A DNA stretch of 63,667 bases, the filler included, from Reticulomyxa filosa (taxonomy: Eukaryota; Protista; Foraminifera): the NCBI GenBank assembly GCA_000512085.1. It is 25 parts of 25 records of this genome, joined end to end, with 100 filler letters (N's around TTAATTAATTAA, not from the genome) between each part and the next. Parts side by side here need not be neighbours in the genome. Positions count along the whole stretch, not along the records: positions 1 to 2,606 come from ASPP01018760.1; positions 2,707 to 4,568 come from ASPP01004933.1; positions 4,669 to 6,441 come from ASPP01004583.1; positions 6,542 to 7,644 come from ASPP01007464.1; positions 7,745 to 11,088 come from ASPP01007981.1; positions 11,189 to 15,997 come from ASPP01003871.1; 19 more parts are not named here. The stretch is one strand, 5' to 3'. Shown here piece after piece: positions 1-13,150 of this stretch. The position numbers and the translations under genes are program-made. The notes beneath the pieces were generated by a model, which saw only the letters and a program-made list of their open reading frames with translations, had not been told where the DNA came from and did not search any database. Each line of letters starts with the position of its first letter. Position 1 is the first letter of the stretch.

Positions 1-23
1 TTTGATTTGGACATATTTGGCAG

Positions 24-1914
24 GTGGACACTGTGATTCGTCTGCTTGATCTGGCCGCCGAGGGAATAAGCTTTTTAGTCTCCTATACAAATATGAGCGT
101 TTTTTTTTTTAGCCTAAAAAAAATTTACGTCATATTAAAAAAAAACGAAATGGGAATACAGAACTATCAATGTATCATCAACCTCTTGTCGACAGACAGT
201 ATGATAATACTGTCTCCCAAGTTTGTTCTGTTTTGCATTCACAGTTGGAAAAACAACAGTCTACTAACCGACAACAACAATAATAATAATAAATGATGAA
301 CTGAAAACAAAAAGGATTTACGCGATAGAACACAGCAACAGGATGGGAGATACACCAGAAAGAAATTATTGGTACAATATTATGGCACACAATTCGGATG
401 AATTTGAAAACAGATTTGTTACAAACCCGTCCTATTCCACAAGATTTAGTCATGGAAAAAGACCTGCAGTTCTAACAAACATACACATAACAATAATAAT
501 AAGTATGCATATTTATTTATTATTATTGTTGTTACAATTGATTTAATTTAATTTAAACAAAAACAAATGAATGAAAGGCAAAAAGCATGAGTTGTTATTC
601 GTCCATATGCCAAGAATGTAAGGCGTACAAGGTTTGAATGAGTCTATTTTTCTCAGAAATCCATGTTGGACGATGGAATGGATACCATTCATACAAGTTA
701 TACTACTCTTTTCTGTGCTATTTTTTAAAAAAATAATAGTAATAAAAATGGCGAGTTACAAACATAATATAATGCAAGCAGACCGAGTGCTACAAGTCGC
801 TTTCGGAGCAATTGGATGAACATGCCCGCAAGCAACGTGAATTTTCGCAGGAGTACATCGAGTTGAAGAAAAGGTGTCAACAAGATCATGTCGAAATATG
901 TTGATTGCAGTTTTTTTAACTTTCTTATTTTGTATTTACAAAAGTATATCTTTCTTTTCTTAGCATTGTGTCACAGTATACAACAAACAAAGCTTTATAT
1001 ACGTATACATATGTATATAAGTATAACGTGCAAACAAAACTGAAATAGTTTGCAAGGCAAAAAGAAGGCTGAACAACCAAATGCAAACTCGGAAATGCCA
1101 ACGGAAAGCAACAACAAGAAAAGTGAAGAAAAGCAGCAATGCTCAGGGGAATACAACATGTCAAAGACATGTTTGATAAATGCGACGATGAACACATTCA
1201 ACATTGCGTCGACAAATATCAAATCTATGACAAGTCATACATTCTTCAGCAACCCAAGTTCTGGATCTGCCTTTTTCTCTGGGCCCGCTTCCAACTCGGT
1301 CAGCACGTCCCCCCTCCGCAACCCTTGTCGGCGTTGCCTCTGCCAATTATCCGACACAAACATTCCATACTAATCTGCCGAGCATTTCCCCAAAGGTGTT
1401 GTCAATGTCGCAGTCTCCTGGGCTTAATATGTCGATGCAACCCATGACGGGACATTCCACAACGCCAGTAGCTCAGCAAGCTACCGTTCGAGAGAACCTG
1501 AATCATGCGAGTTTTGTATATATGTTTATGTTATGTGCGCTATTTCTTGTTTTGAATTGTTGTTGAAATGACACAGTGCCGAGCATTAACTTGTCTAAAC
1601 TCTCCAATGTCCCAATGCAATTCATTGGAATAAGATATCCCAACAGCATGGGCTTGAATGCGAATCGAGTGACAAGTCCTTCTCCCTACCAACAGTGTTG
1701 GCAATACCATGTCTGGCTATCCGAGAATGTCTCTCAATCCTACGCCAATCACACCTACATTCACCCCATATTCATGACGGGAGTTCAGCCCCACGTCCCT
1801 ATTTCCACTTTTCATTCCAATTCTCTTTCATCGATGCTAACAATTTTCATGTATGAATGTGTATGTATCTTTCTTTATTCTCCGGCATTCATCACTTTCA
1901 CATTACATAACTAA
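24..1914 (+). CDS. Multi-exon hypothetical protein with Ser/Pro/Asn-rich C-terminal part (5'-truncated)
   Basis: Higher-GC coding-like blocks (about 24-65, 160-220, 293-455, 1050-1510, 1576-1840) separated by AT-rich GT..AG intron-like blocks. No confident family motif. Confidence 0.4.
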
Positions 1915-2606
1915 TTTTTTTTGTTCATTTGAATTTATTTTTTTTTATTGGAAAGCTGACAAATCAAATTATATATATATGTTTCAATATCATCCGGGAG
2001 TTGATTTAAGACAAAGACAAGTATTTTTTTGTTTGAAGGCGGAGGGAGGAAGCATAAAAGATAGAAATAAAATTCTATGGGTATCAAACATTTATTTGTT
2101 TGATGCGATAAGTCGTTTAAGTAACTGTGAAATGAATTGTGGGCAATAATACTTATGACATTACACAAATAGGATGGCATACATAAGTGTTTGCCTGCAT
2201 CGAGTGTATTGGAAAACACAATGATGACAAAACAAAGCGTTTTTTTTTTATTCCACAACCATAAAATAAGCAAAGTATGAATTGCTCAAAACATCAAGTT
2301 AACTCTCAAAAACCTTGTGTACTTTGTCTAAAGAAAATGCGCACTCTGTCGAGTGTAATTTTAGTCAATGTTTGTATTATGTTTTTGTGCAAAACATTGA
2401 CTGTTTAGAATAATTCCAGTTTCTGGATTATTACGAATGGTTTTAGATAGAAAGCATTGAACAAGAAATCAATTTGGAATCTTGTTTCTATGTTCTCATT
2501 AGACAATTTTGCCAACATAAGACATGTCAAACTGCATTGCATGAACGGCATCAAAATACTCGAAACAGGAAAATGTTAAAGTGATAACAGGATGTATTAT
2601 CAAGAA

Positions 2607-2706
2607 NNNNNNNNNNNNNNNNNNNNNNNNNNNNNNNNNNNNNNNNNNNNTTAATTAATTAANNNNNNNNNNNNNNNNNNNNNNNNNNNNNNNNNNNNNN
2701 NNNNNN
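2607..2706. other. Artificial contig linker (44 N + TTAATTAATTAA + 44 N), first of 24 identical copies
   Basis: The same 100-nt spacer with stops in all six frames starts at 2607, 4569, 6442, 7645, 11089, 15998, 17277, 18453, 19770, 22378, 25877, 30021, 31311, 32895, 37263, 39110, 40475, 41897, 43930, 54236, 55844, 57196, 58981 and 61681. Confidence 0.99.
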
Positions 2707-3269
2707 TTTTTTTTTTAGGTAAAATAATGGACACTATTATTGTGGTGTCATGATTTGCACCAACTGTCATCACAGTGAAACCTTTGAAAAAAAAAAAAGT
2801 TGAATACATTTTCTCTTACATTAATTGTGCTTGCAATCCAAGTTCTTTTCTTTTCTTTCTTGCCATTTCTTTATCATATTCTTGTTCCTTTCTGTTTTTC
2901 TGTTATACGTATTCTTTCTTGTCATCTACTCATACTCGAGATTTTTTTGCCAGGAATAGTGGTAAAATCAATTACTTTATAAAGAAGTTAACAACTTCTA
3001 CATAATGTCAAAGTTTGCAGATTTAAATGCTTTTGATCTTACTTTAAAAGTTATTTGCATAAGGTAGTTGCTAATGATGAATGACTTTTTTATAGTTATA
3101 TGTAGTTTTTATTGAACAGTTAATCTTGTTGATGATGTTTTCACGAAATGTAAAAAATTTATTTAAAAAAATAACAAATGCACTCAATAAAAAATACTGA
3201 GTGAGCAGCACGAACAACAAGAATCTTTTTTGCAAGTCAAAAAAAAAGGGGCCATCAAACATTTTCTCA

Positions 3270-4160
3270 TTTTACTTTCACGTCCGCACGCTTTTTTCGC
3301 TGTTCAAGTTTCTCAATTTCTAGTCTTTGGCATTTAATACATTATCGAAATGTTCTTGCAGTTTCACAAACTCATTATCGTGAATTTCCTTTCGACATTC
3401 ACTTGCACTTGAACTGTCAATTCTTTTTATGGTTTTCCAGTGATGACTGTGCACAGCGCATAATTGCTCAGATTGATAAAGGGCATTGTTCACCAAGCTA
3501 GCATAATTTCCATCTTGAAGCGAGTTAATCTTGTTTCAGCTGCTGTAAACTTTGCAAAAGGCTTGAGTTCAAAGCCGATGTGAAGATGTGGGTTTGTTTT
3601 CGTAATCTTTTCCTTCTTTTTACTCCTCGGCTATTCTTTGTCGCAATTATTTCTTCTCTTTGCTAAATTTTTCGATTTGTCCATTGCTGTTGGCGATCAA
3701 TCTAGAGCGATTGCCCAACTAATTTCAAAGTTTTTTCTTGTGCTCTTGCACCACTATATTCATCATGCAATTTTCTTTGGTCCTTCATCCTTTCATGCGT
3801 CGTTGGCTCATTTCTTGCGCTGTGATGTTATGCCGTGTCAATAAATCAGTTAATATTGACGAAAACGTACACCTTTCTCTTTCGCCCAATACCATCGTGT
3901 GTACATGTTGAATAGCCTCGCCTGCCCCCGCTCCAAAGGAATCATTGATGTTTGTGATTATTCCTCTTTCAACCAGTGAAGTAATATCTAGTCTTTCTGA
4001 TAATCTTCGATCCAATATCTCACTGGTTCGCGAACGGTGCAGTTGTCTTTCGTTTATTTGGCTTTGCATATCTGCAGGACCTCCACAAAATATTCTTGTC
4101 CATTAAATCGGTAATCGAAGGTCTTAGACCAAATGCTTTGCATAAGGTTGGATTTTTTGC
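3270..4160 (-). pseudogene. RPEL-repeat (G-actin-binding) and coiled-coil protein, frameshifted
   Basis: Two RPEL-like motifs, FGLRPSITDLMDKNIL and LDRRLSERLDITSLVERGII, in different frames. The downstream coiled-coil-like text (EFVKLQEHFDNVLNAKD*) carries stops and frameshifts. Confidence 0.6.
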
Positions 4161-5082
4161 TGTTACACACCAAACAAAAGTAACCAATAAAATATTGCCA
4201 CTATAAAAAAAGACATACATTTTTTTCTTTAAAAAAAAATATATATATGGACATATATATGTGTACGTACATATGACCATCGACCAGGTCTCTTGATCAT
4301 TACCCATCAAATTGTATTGTCTGAAATCATAAAATGTTTATATGACAAACATATTGTACATTTTTGTGTGTGTTATTGCCATCAAATAAAATAAAATCGT
4401 TCAAAAAAGGTTATTAACATTCGATCGACCAATAATGACGAACGATCGATTGACATTTCCAAGGTATTTCTTTCTGTCTTTTTTTTTTTGCCAGATATGA
4501 ATTATAGAGAAAAGCAACACAAATATAATAATAATAATAAAATGAAATGAAATTCAAGAAAAAGAAGGNNNNNNNNNNNNNNNNNNNNNNNNNNNNNNNN
4601 NNNNNNNNNNNNTTAATTAATTAANNNNNNNNNNNNNNNNNNNNNNNNNNNNNNNNNNNNNNNNNNNNTTTAAATTCGCTATGTGGGGTGGAAAACACCA
4701 TTAATAGACAATCAATCTAAATCTGTTGGAAATTAAAGCACATATTTGTTAACATTCATAATTGAAGGAATACATTGACAAATTTATTTATTCTTAATTG
4801 TGAGAGATTTAAGAAAGTAGAAATTGTTGGAAAAGAAATTTGTCTTTTCACAAAAAGAATTCGTTAACTTCCCGATTTTTGCGGAACTTTTGCTGTTCTA
4901 AAGAAAAAATCATTTATCAAAAAAAGTATTTGTTGGATCTGGATCATTATTGTACATGTGCTCCAGTAATTGAGATAATTTGAAAAAGTTTTGGGTTGAT
5001 GTTATCAAAACGTAAATGAATAAATTTTTAAGATCACATTAATACAAAGTACACCAAAGAATAATTATCAAAATCAATCGTT

Positions 5083-6137
5083 TTATTGTTGTGCATTTCC
5101 TTTATTTTTTTTGCCTTTCTTCTTGCCACCTTGTGCATTTTGGTTAGGTTTTTGATTATTTTGGCCTTTGATTATTTTGGCCTTGATTTTTTTGCGCTGG
5201 TTTGGCATCTTTTTTTGGTGCTACTGGTTTAGCTTCTCCGCTTGCAATTTTTTGTTTTTTGGCTGGCAAAGGTGCACTCTTTTCCTCTTCTCCAGTGGCT
5301 TCAGGTGCGTTTCGTTTTTTCCCAGGCTTTTCTTGTCTGTTGATCACAAATTCATTTTTTATTCTTAGATGTTTTCTACGTATGAATCTAGTTGTAAAAA
5401 ATTGGGGTAACAAAAATTCTAAAATTTTTTTTTATTACTTTGAAGCTTTTAATTTTTTCAATTCCTCTTCAATTGCTTCTTCGTCTGCCTCCTCAGCATC
5501 TGCAAAGTCCTCATCATCAATGTCCAAAGAGTCATCCCCAATGTATTGTTCTGCTGGTGACAAATAGCCAACCAAATGGATAGGTGACAGATTTTCACCC
5601 TTCAAAGTAAGTTGAACATCATCTGAAGGGAAGGGGAAGGGATTGTATTTGTTTTGTTTTGTTTTAATTTTTTGTGACAAAAAGACTAATTTTTCTTACT
5701 TTCGGAAATGCGGGTATGTGGAAAACAAAAAAAATTTTCGCTCTTTAAAAGTACTTATAGTCCACTTCCGGTAACACAGAACAAAAAACAACTTTACCTG
5801 TGACAAGCAAATCAAGAGGATGGGTTTCATAACCGTTTTTTAGCGTGCATATAATTCCTCTATTGATTACAAACAAATTCGTACTTGCTACAAACACATA
5901 CAATGTTGCTTAAACTAACGCACAAAAAAAAACTAACGGGGATTCGTTGTCATCATCGCCGGCTTGAACAATTTGTAAAAAAGTGCGGGTGTTCTTTTGT
6001 GCATCAGGGCCAAGAGAGGCATTCGTGATACGCACAAAGTAATTTTCCACACGGGATACAACTAAACCCTCTTCTGTTACTGTAGCTTTCCAAAATAAGT
6101 CTATTGAAGGCAGTTGTTCAGACGCTGTATCAGACAT
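5083..6137 (-). CDS. Nucleoplasmin-like (NPL) domain nucleolar histone chaperone with acidic tract and Lys-rich tail
   Basis: Exons encode FWKATV..VRITNASLG..RTFLQI, GIICTLKNGYETHPLDL and VQLTLKG..PIHLVGY, then a DDEDFADAEEADEE acidic tract and a basic tail. The tail continues to a stop at 5083-5085 if one extra A near 5165 is removed. Confidence 0.8.
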
Positions 6138-6619
6138 TGCTTTGTTTTGTTTATGATGTTCTGAAGCAGAAAAGTTATATTAAAGAAGTTTGGGCCACTA
6201 GAACTTTTAACAACAATCAGTTCTTAATTTTTTAATTTGAAAAATTTAATTAGCTGTATCAATACATAATAACCAATAAGATGCAAATGTCCTATTTAAA
6301 CTAACTTTCAAGCAATAGTAGAATAAATTTTTTAATTATTCTTATTTTAGACGCCGTCAAAATGATTCAATGCTTGTTTTGTAAGTGATATTTAATGCTA
6401 CAGTAAGTTGCAAAGAAAACTGAACGCATAAAACATATCTTNNNNNNNNNNNNNNNNNNNNNNNNNNNNNNNNNNNNNNNNNNNNTTAATTAATTAANNN
6501 NNNNNNNNNNNNNNNNNNNNNNNNNNNNNNNNNNNNNNNNNTTTTTTTTTTTTTTTTTTTTGTGACAGCAACAACAAAAAGACAATTTTTATAAAAATAA
6601 AATAATAATAAACATAAGG

Positions 6620-7470
6620 AAACATCCTCCTACTTGTATTTCCACGTGTCTGGGTTGCTCGATAAACTTTTCAACAAACAATCGACCATCTCCGAATGAC
6701 GATATTGCCTCATTGGTTGCCAATCGGAAGGCAATTTCGCAATCGTGATCGTTCCTATTCAGCACGTATACTTATTCAGTGAAGTGGGAGAGTATTTGAT
6801 GCAAAGCGAAGGTACGAGATATAAAAGAAGAGCAAGAGGGGGAAGGGGGTAGGAAAAAAATTTTTAAGAAGAGAAGAAAAAAAAAAATTTTAAGAAGAGG
6901 AGAAAGAAAAAAAAAATTCCCTTCAAATGAACTTTTTTATTATTATCTCTTTGCCTGTCCTCTCTTTCTTTCTCGCCTTTTTTTTTTCCTTATCCCCTCT
7001 TTCGCTTTTTACTTCCCCTAACCCTGCTCCCACTTTTTTTTTTTTAATTCGTCTCCCTTTTTCCTCTCAAACCAATCATTTCTCTTGTGGGAGAGATACA
7101 GTATTATAATCACATCACAAAAAAAAATTGTGACATGTGCCCACCGTTACACTTCGCTCTTTTTTTTTTTTTTAAAAAAAAAAGGGATATGTGTATTGTA
7201 TTAGAAAAAAAAAAAAATACCATGCAATCCTCATTCCTTTGCCACCACCACCAGCAGTTGCTTTAACCATCACAGGATAGCCCAGCGTGCGAGCGACCAT
7301 CTTGCATTCTTCCGCGTCTTTGATGATGCGGCTGTCTCCTGGAATGACGCTCACCCCAGCTTTTCTAGCTGCATTCTTCGAGCTGATTTTATCTCCCATG
7401 ATGGAGATTGAGTGGGAGCGAGGTCCAATAAACACAATCTTTTCATTCTCTAACGCTGCAGCGAAGTTCT
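6620..7470 (-). CDS. PCCA: Biotin carboxylase domain, propionyl-CoA carboxylase alpha-like (internal exons only)
   Basis: [44 protein letters not shown] spliced to [45 protein letters not shown]1 cannot be fully excluded. Confidence 0.85.
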
Positions 7471-7755
7471 TTTTTTTTTCCCCCCCCGTCATAACAATCA
7501 ATGACAAAAAAAAAAAAAATTTGAATCAAACATTTGAAAGAAGGGGAGGACATAGAGGGAATGAAATTTTGTTTTTTTTTTATTTTAAGTGATGAAAGGG
7601 GATCTCAAGTTTTTTTTTAATAATAAAAAAAAACTCAACGTTATNNNNNNNNNNNNNNNNNNNNNNNNNNNNNNNNNNNNNNNNNNNNTTAATTAATTAA
7701 NNNNNNNNNNNNNNNNNNNNNNNNNNNNNNNNNNNNNNNNNNNNTTTTTTTTTTT

Positions 7756-7787
<32 letters not shown>

Positions 7788-7789
<2 letters not shown>

Positions 7790-9812
7790 TAAAGGATTAT
7801 TGCATTTGCACAAAGCCAAAATAATTCATCGAGATATTGCAGCACGCAACATCTTGCTAAACTTTATCCCGGTTAATGACAACAAAAGCTCACGCGTTCG
7901 TGTGGTGGTATGCGATTTCGGATTGAGCCGAATCGTGGAAGGGACAACGGACAAAGCGAATGTAACAGAGAGCAAAGTGGGGCCATTGAAATGGATGAGT
8001 CCCGAGTCCATCCATTTGAATGTGTACAACACAAAGACGGATGCGTATAGTTTCGGCATTTTGCTATGGGAAGTGTTTGCAGGATCAGAGCCTTATCCAG
8101 ACTTGCCTAAAATCTCTGCGGCTGCCAATGTGCTGCGCAACCAGTATCGTCCTCACGTTCCACACACATGGCCGACACCTTTGGCATATTTGATACAACG
8201 ATGTTGGCAGACGCGACCAGAGTATCGACCCAGTTTCAGCTCCATTGTTGCTCAATTGTCCCACTTGAGCGAAATTATGGATACCACTAATGCTTTGAAT
8301 GCGCCACTTTATCCCGTTGACCAGCCGCACGACAGCCCGCCAGGACAGCAGGTGATCACGGCGAACATTACGCGCGATCTGTCTCAGCTCAAGTACGTAC
8401 AAAACTTCAAGCTGCCGATGAAATTGCATTCTCCTGTCAACAGCGTGTTGATCGATTTGCCGGATTTGATCCAACAGTTTCACCCTGATCCCAATGAATT
8501 CAAAGATATGTTTGCGGACCATCCGCAGCTAAAAACGCTCTTTCATCCCTCCTCTTCCGTCGCTATCAGTTCCAATGCCAATCAACCTGTTCCCGATGTA
8601 TCCTCCAACCATGCAAAGCAACATGCTCCTGACAATATGTCTGCAAGTTTTGACATTAAATCAAACCTAAGCAAAAAAAATTTTTACTTTTTTTTTTTTT
8701 TTCTTCCCCCCCCCCCTTCCTCAATGTACGGCATCATGATACAATTTCAATCTCTCAGACTACTCAAAAAAAAAAAAAAAGAAACTATAGTTGAAGAGAA
8801 AAAACAAATGGGAGAAGAGGATATTGATGAGGATGGCATGGTCGTGCTAGAAGATTATGATCACAACCCTGGCGTCACAAGTAGCGAGTTTCGACATGCG
8901 CTGGATGATAGCACGCCGAGCATGCTGAATGGCAGTGGCACGCAGCATCTCGTAATGCTACGTGCGGAACGCGCAAGCGGTGTGCAAAAAAAACCAACAA
9001 TGATCACCCCTAGCCAGGTGGCATTATCGCAAACAGTGACTAAAGAGATCACAATATACAAACCAAATGACAACGAAAATGAAAACGAAAACGAAAATGA
9101 AAATGAAAATGAAAATGAAAACGACAATGTGAATAAACATGAAGGTGAAAATGGAAACAATAACAAAGGCAAGGATAACAATGGTACAAAACGCGACTCG
9201 AAAAATGTAGGCAATCGATTGAATCTTGTCGTTGTGATTGATATGCAAAACCAGCAACGTGACTCTGTGCTATTGGATTATACTCCATCTCCAGTCAATC
9301 CCGATGTCGGCGGTGTAACAGATAGTCCCGACGTAATGAACAATGAGGAGAAGGTTGCCTTTGATATAAATGCAAAGAGGAATGAAAAAAAGGATATTGA
9401 TTTCTTGCAATTGTCACACGTGGATCAAGTGTCCATTTTAGTTCGGGACAAATTTGCTGAAAAAGAAAACCAAAATCCATCTCCGTTACAGAACATAGAC
9501 GAGGGTAACATTAGTGACGAAGGAAGTCGTACACATACTCGCAGTAGTCATGAACGTCCTTTCAATCTCTCTCGTCAGTCCACTAACAATAATTATCTTC
9601 CCCATTCCAAAAAAATCGAAGAATTGGTCCCCGACATCCATGAACCATCCGTCTCCTTCTCTCAGAAAACACCCATTGACATACATTTAACCGATCATCA
9701 CTCCCATCGCATTGACATCTCCAACAATGCCGCGTCTAACCATCTATTGCGTCTTCCATTCGCGGATGCATCTGCTGACGAGCGGTCCAGAACTGTTGAT
9801 GATTTTGTCTAA
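7788..9812 (+). CDS. Tyrosine-type/TKL protein kinase C-lobe with a long disordered C-terminal tail (5'-truncated)
   Basis: IHRDIAARNILL, DFGLSR, VGPLKWMSPE, DAYSFGILLWE and CWQTRPEYRPSF. A poly-T/poly-A block at about 8648-8781 is probably an intron read through in frame. Confidence 0.9.
9073..9123 (+). repeat. (GAAAAY)n hexanucleotide repeat encoding (EN)n
   Basis: Visible tandem gaaaat/gaaaac units inside the kinase tail. Confidence 0.9.
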
Positions 9813-11307
9813 TTAAAAATTATTCCATAACCAATTGACTTGTTTCATAAAACGATTTTTGTATTTTTTTTTTTTTTTTTTACAAAGTTTTTTTGATTTG
9901 TTTTTTCCTGTACATCAACAAACACCCAATACATTTTTATAAGGTTACAAAAAATTATTGTGATTGTACTTTTTGATTTTGGTTGCATACTCTTTTATCT
10001 TTTTTTCCCCTCCCTTTTTTTTCCCCTCCCCTTTTTTTTCCCTATCTAGCGGACTGCTTTCCTCTATTTTTTTGTATAGCGTCTTGCAAAAGATGAAAAT
10101 AGTGTTGTATTGTTCACTTTTGTGTTGGGTTACAAAAAACAAGGAGAAAACATGTTTAGTTCATGTAGTTAGTTTTGCATTGGAAGATGTCACTTCCCAA
10201 ACTAAATAGTGTGCATAACTCTCTTTTGAAATTTTCTGAACAGAGAAATGGATGCAAATTTTTCTCAATTTGAAATTTCACACGTTTTTTCACTCTCAAA
10301 AAACAATATTTGCAATATAACCCCTTCTATTTTCATCAACTGGATTGTTCTCTTGGAAAAACTACAAAACTTGCTAAAAGAAAAATTAAATTGTTTGATA
10401 TCAAAATTGTGAATGAATTCACACTTGGTCAATGATCTGTGATCATAGAGTAAACTGTTGTTGTGAAACGAGCTATTTCTTGGACAGATAATGCTGCAGT
10501 TCATCATGTAAAAAGACCTTTGGTGGGACTGGATTGTAATGAAGAACAACAGACCCACTACCAGAATAAACATGGTAAAAATGATGGACTATCGTTAACA
10601 GCAATTCCATTTGTTAAATTTGAATAGAATGAAGAACGTGGTTTTATAAAAAAAAAAAAGTATGTTAAATAATTGTGGACTAGATACTTGTAATGAAATT
10701 AAGTATTATTTAACGCTTGTCCAGTGCGGCTTACGTAATATTTTAATGGTCCTGGCGGCTATTGGGGCGTGTACTTGTGGAGTTAAAAGACAACCTACTT
10801 CGAGTAAAAAGAGAAAAATCTTTTTCAAGTTTGTAGTCGACAATAACAAAAAATACAGCGTTTTCGTTTAGAATAATAATGTTAGTTTTTGTTTTTAAAA
10901 AGTGTGATTAAAAAACAAAAGCAAAGTGTTAATGACTTCATTTAACATGAACATTTTGTCATGTGTTTAGAGTAAAGAAATTCTTGTATTCGTATACAAC
11001 TCAAAAACTTTGGGGACAACTTAAAAAGAAGAAGAAGATTTTTGAAAGCTATATTGGTCTTGCAAAAGCAGTTACAAAATTTGGAACANNNNNNNNNNNN
11101 NNNNNNNNNNNNNNNNNNNNNNNNNNNNNNNNTTAATTAATTAANNNNNNNNNNNNNNNNNNNNNNNNNNNNNNNNNNNNNNNNNNNNTTAAATTTCTTT
11201 GTTTTGTTTAACAAAAAAAAAAAAAAAAAAAATAATAATAATAATTTAACCAAGTGTGTATTCACATGCATATACATATATGTATACGTGTTCATATTGG
11301 ATTGAAA

Positions 11308-11835
11308 GGTATGGTAGTGGTCGTGTTGAATATGGTGCTGGCTTACTGTTACATTCGACGTTTATATATATTGTTATTTGAAATGGAAAATACTGAAGAG
11401 AAAGGCTCTTCTGCGGGTTCGAATTCGACCGTGTTGCAACGAAAGGGAAGTATCAATGAACAAAATATTTCACAAAGTAGGGCCATGAAAATGTATCGTG
11501 CTTGCATAATTGCCAGCAGTGGGACATTAAGCTTGGCGTCGTTGTGCTTGTTTGTCGCCATTTTCCAAGATCTCGCGTACACAGTTGTTCCCATTGTGTT
11601 TCTATTCAATTCTTTGTTAATGATGTCCGCGTTCCAGTTTGGCAATTTTATCTTCAATGCTATTTTTGGTTGCTGCATACGCTCCAAAACTTGTCAGCGG
11701 GTATTGTGCTCTCGAAATACGGCGTGGAAACCCAGAGAATCTCAATTGACTCAAATGGTCTGGCTCACGTCGGATCAGCACAGGTCTTCTCAAATGCCAC
11801 CGAGTCCAATTCTTTCGAGCAGCAGACCAACATAA
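11308..11835 (+). CDS. Last exon of a multi-pass membrane protein, possibly 7TM/GPCR-like TM5-TM7
   Basis: Three hydrophobic helices with a polar loop after the first, then a GCC motif and Ser-rich cytoplasmic tail. Preceded by a (TA)-rich intron. Confidence 0.5.
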   Translation, partial: GMVVVVLNMVLAYCYIRRLYILLFEMENTEEKGSSAGSNSTVLQRKGSINEQNISQSRAMKMYRACIIASSGTLSLASLCLFVAIFQDLAYTVVPIVFLFNSLLMMSAFQFGNFIFNAIFGCCIRSKTCQRVLCSRNTAWKPRESQLTQMVWLTSDQHRSSQMPPSPILSSSRPT

Positions 11836-13004
11836 TCTTTTATTGTTTTTCTCGTCAGTCGCTTGTTTTGTTACTTTGTACAACTTTTTCTTTTTCTTTG
11901 TCATTACAAAAGCTTTGATGGTGCCTATTGTTGGACTTCATTCGTTTTCAATGAAAATTTCAAAAAGATCGACGAATTATTTGTTCGCTTTTTTTATGAT
12001 GCAGAATTCTCCTTCTTTTTGTCTTTGTGTGACTAACATCGCTTTATCATTGCAACGCTGAACACACGTTTTTTTTTAAAAAAGCTGCAATGATATTGGA
12101 TTTGTTAACTTTTGTATTTGAGCACTTTGCGGTCAATGACTAGCATTTAGAACGATTTTGAGATAAATACAAAATCGATTGGTCATAAGCCAAAACTACA
12201 TAAAAATGTATCGTAATAAATAATGTTATTGACAAGTGTAATATGCTATTTTTCTCATGTATCAAGTATGAATTCACACAACTTGCCCTATCTTTATTTT
12301 AAGATATTTTTAAATGCAATTTACAAGTGTTTCTGAAAAAGAGGTACTTAGGAATTTCCAAGTTTTGTTTATACTGCATACTTTTTTGGTGCGATGATTA
12401 AAAATTAAATAAACAAATAACACTAAAGTCTCCAAAAAAAAACCTTTGCAAGTAAAAAAAATGTAACATGCGTACTCACTCTAATCTGTTGACAAAGGAA
12501 TTATCCTTTTTGCAAAAATCGAATTACTGAACTAAACCATTTTTTTTTGTAGAGAAATTCGCGAAATTGACATTTAACAAAAATATTGGTAGCAGGACAA
12601 ACGTAAAGACAATCCATACCGGCTCAAAAACAGTCTTTTTTTTTCTTTTTCTTTCGTTTCCCTTTTCGCCTCTTAAACTTTTTCAACTGTTGTTTTTCCT
12701 GAGAACTACACGAACACAAAATGTTATTACCTTGGTTGCTTGTTATAATCGCAATCATTAGTATATATCACAACTAGGTCGTCAGTTTTTGGCGTGCAAA
12801 AACAAAACTACATAAAAACGATAATAACACAAGGATGTTACTAAACGAATGATCGTAGTTTTTGAAGGCATGTTTACATAGAAAGTTAAGTGGACAATAT
12901 TTGAAGTATTGGTTCCAATCGAAAAAAAACTGTACTTACATATACATTTATGTAAATATTATTATTATTTTTCAAATTGATTTTTTTAAATAAATATATA
13001 AATG

Positions 13005-13150
13005 CAGTATATTGCAAAAAAAACTGACATACCTAAATGGCATTATATGAAAAAAATCGATTTTCTCAATGAAAATAAATATTTAAACCTAATTTTTTTA
13101 AAAAATATCTACTAATCTTGTAGTTTTTAAATATGAAATTGGTTTTATAA
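13005..13150 (+). mobile_element. Solo, more diverged left TIR of the same Tc1 family
   Basis: CAGTATATTGCAAA..GATTTTCTCAATGAAAA..AAAAAATATCTACTAATCTTGTAGTTTTTAAATAT aligns with 13750-13890. Confidence 0.75.

Noticed and set aside
24-820. Possible Dcp1/EVH1-like domain
   Set aside because: Only a loose pattern resemblance that needs frameshifts; not supportable without a profile search.
2651-2662. TTAATTAATTAA repeated 24 times between unique sequences, superficially array-like
   Set aside because: It is an artificial six-frame-stop linker embedded in N runs, not a CRISPR array or biological repeat.
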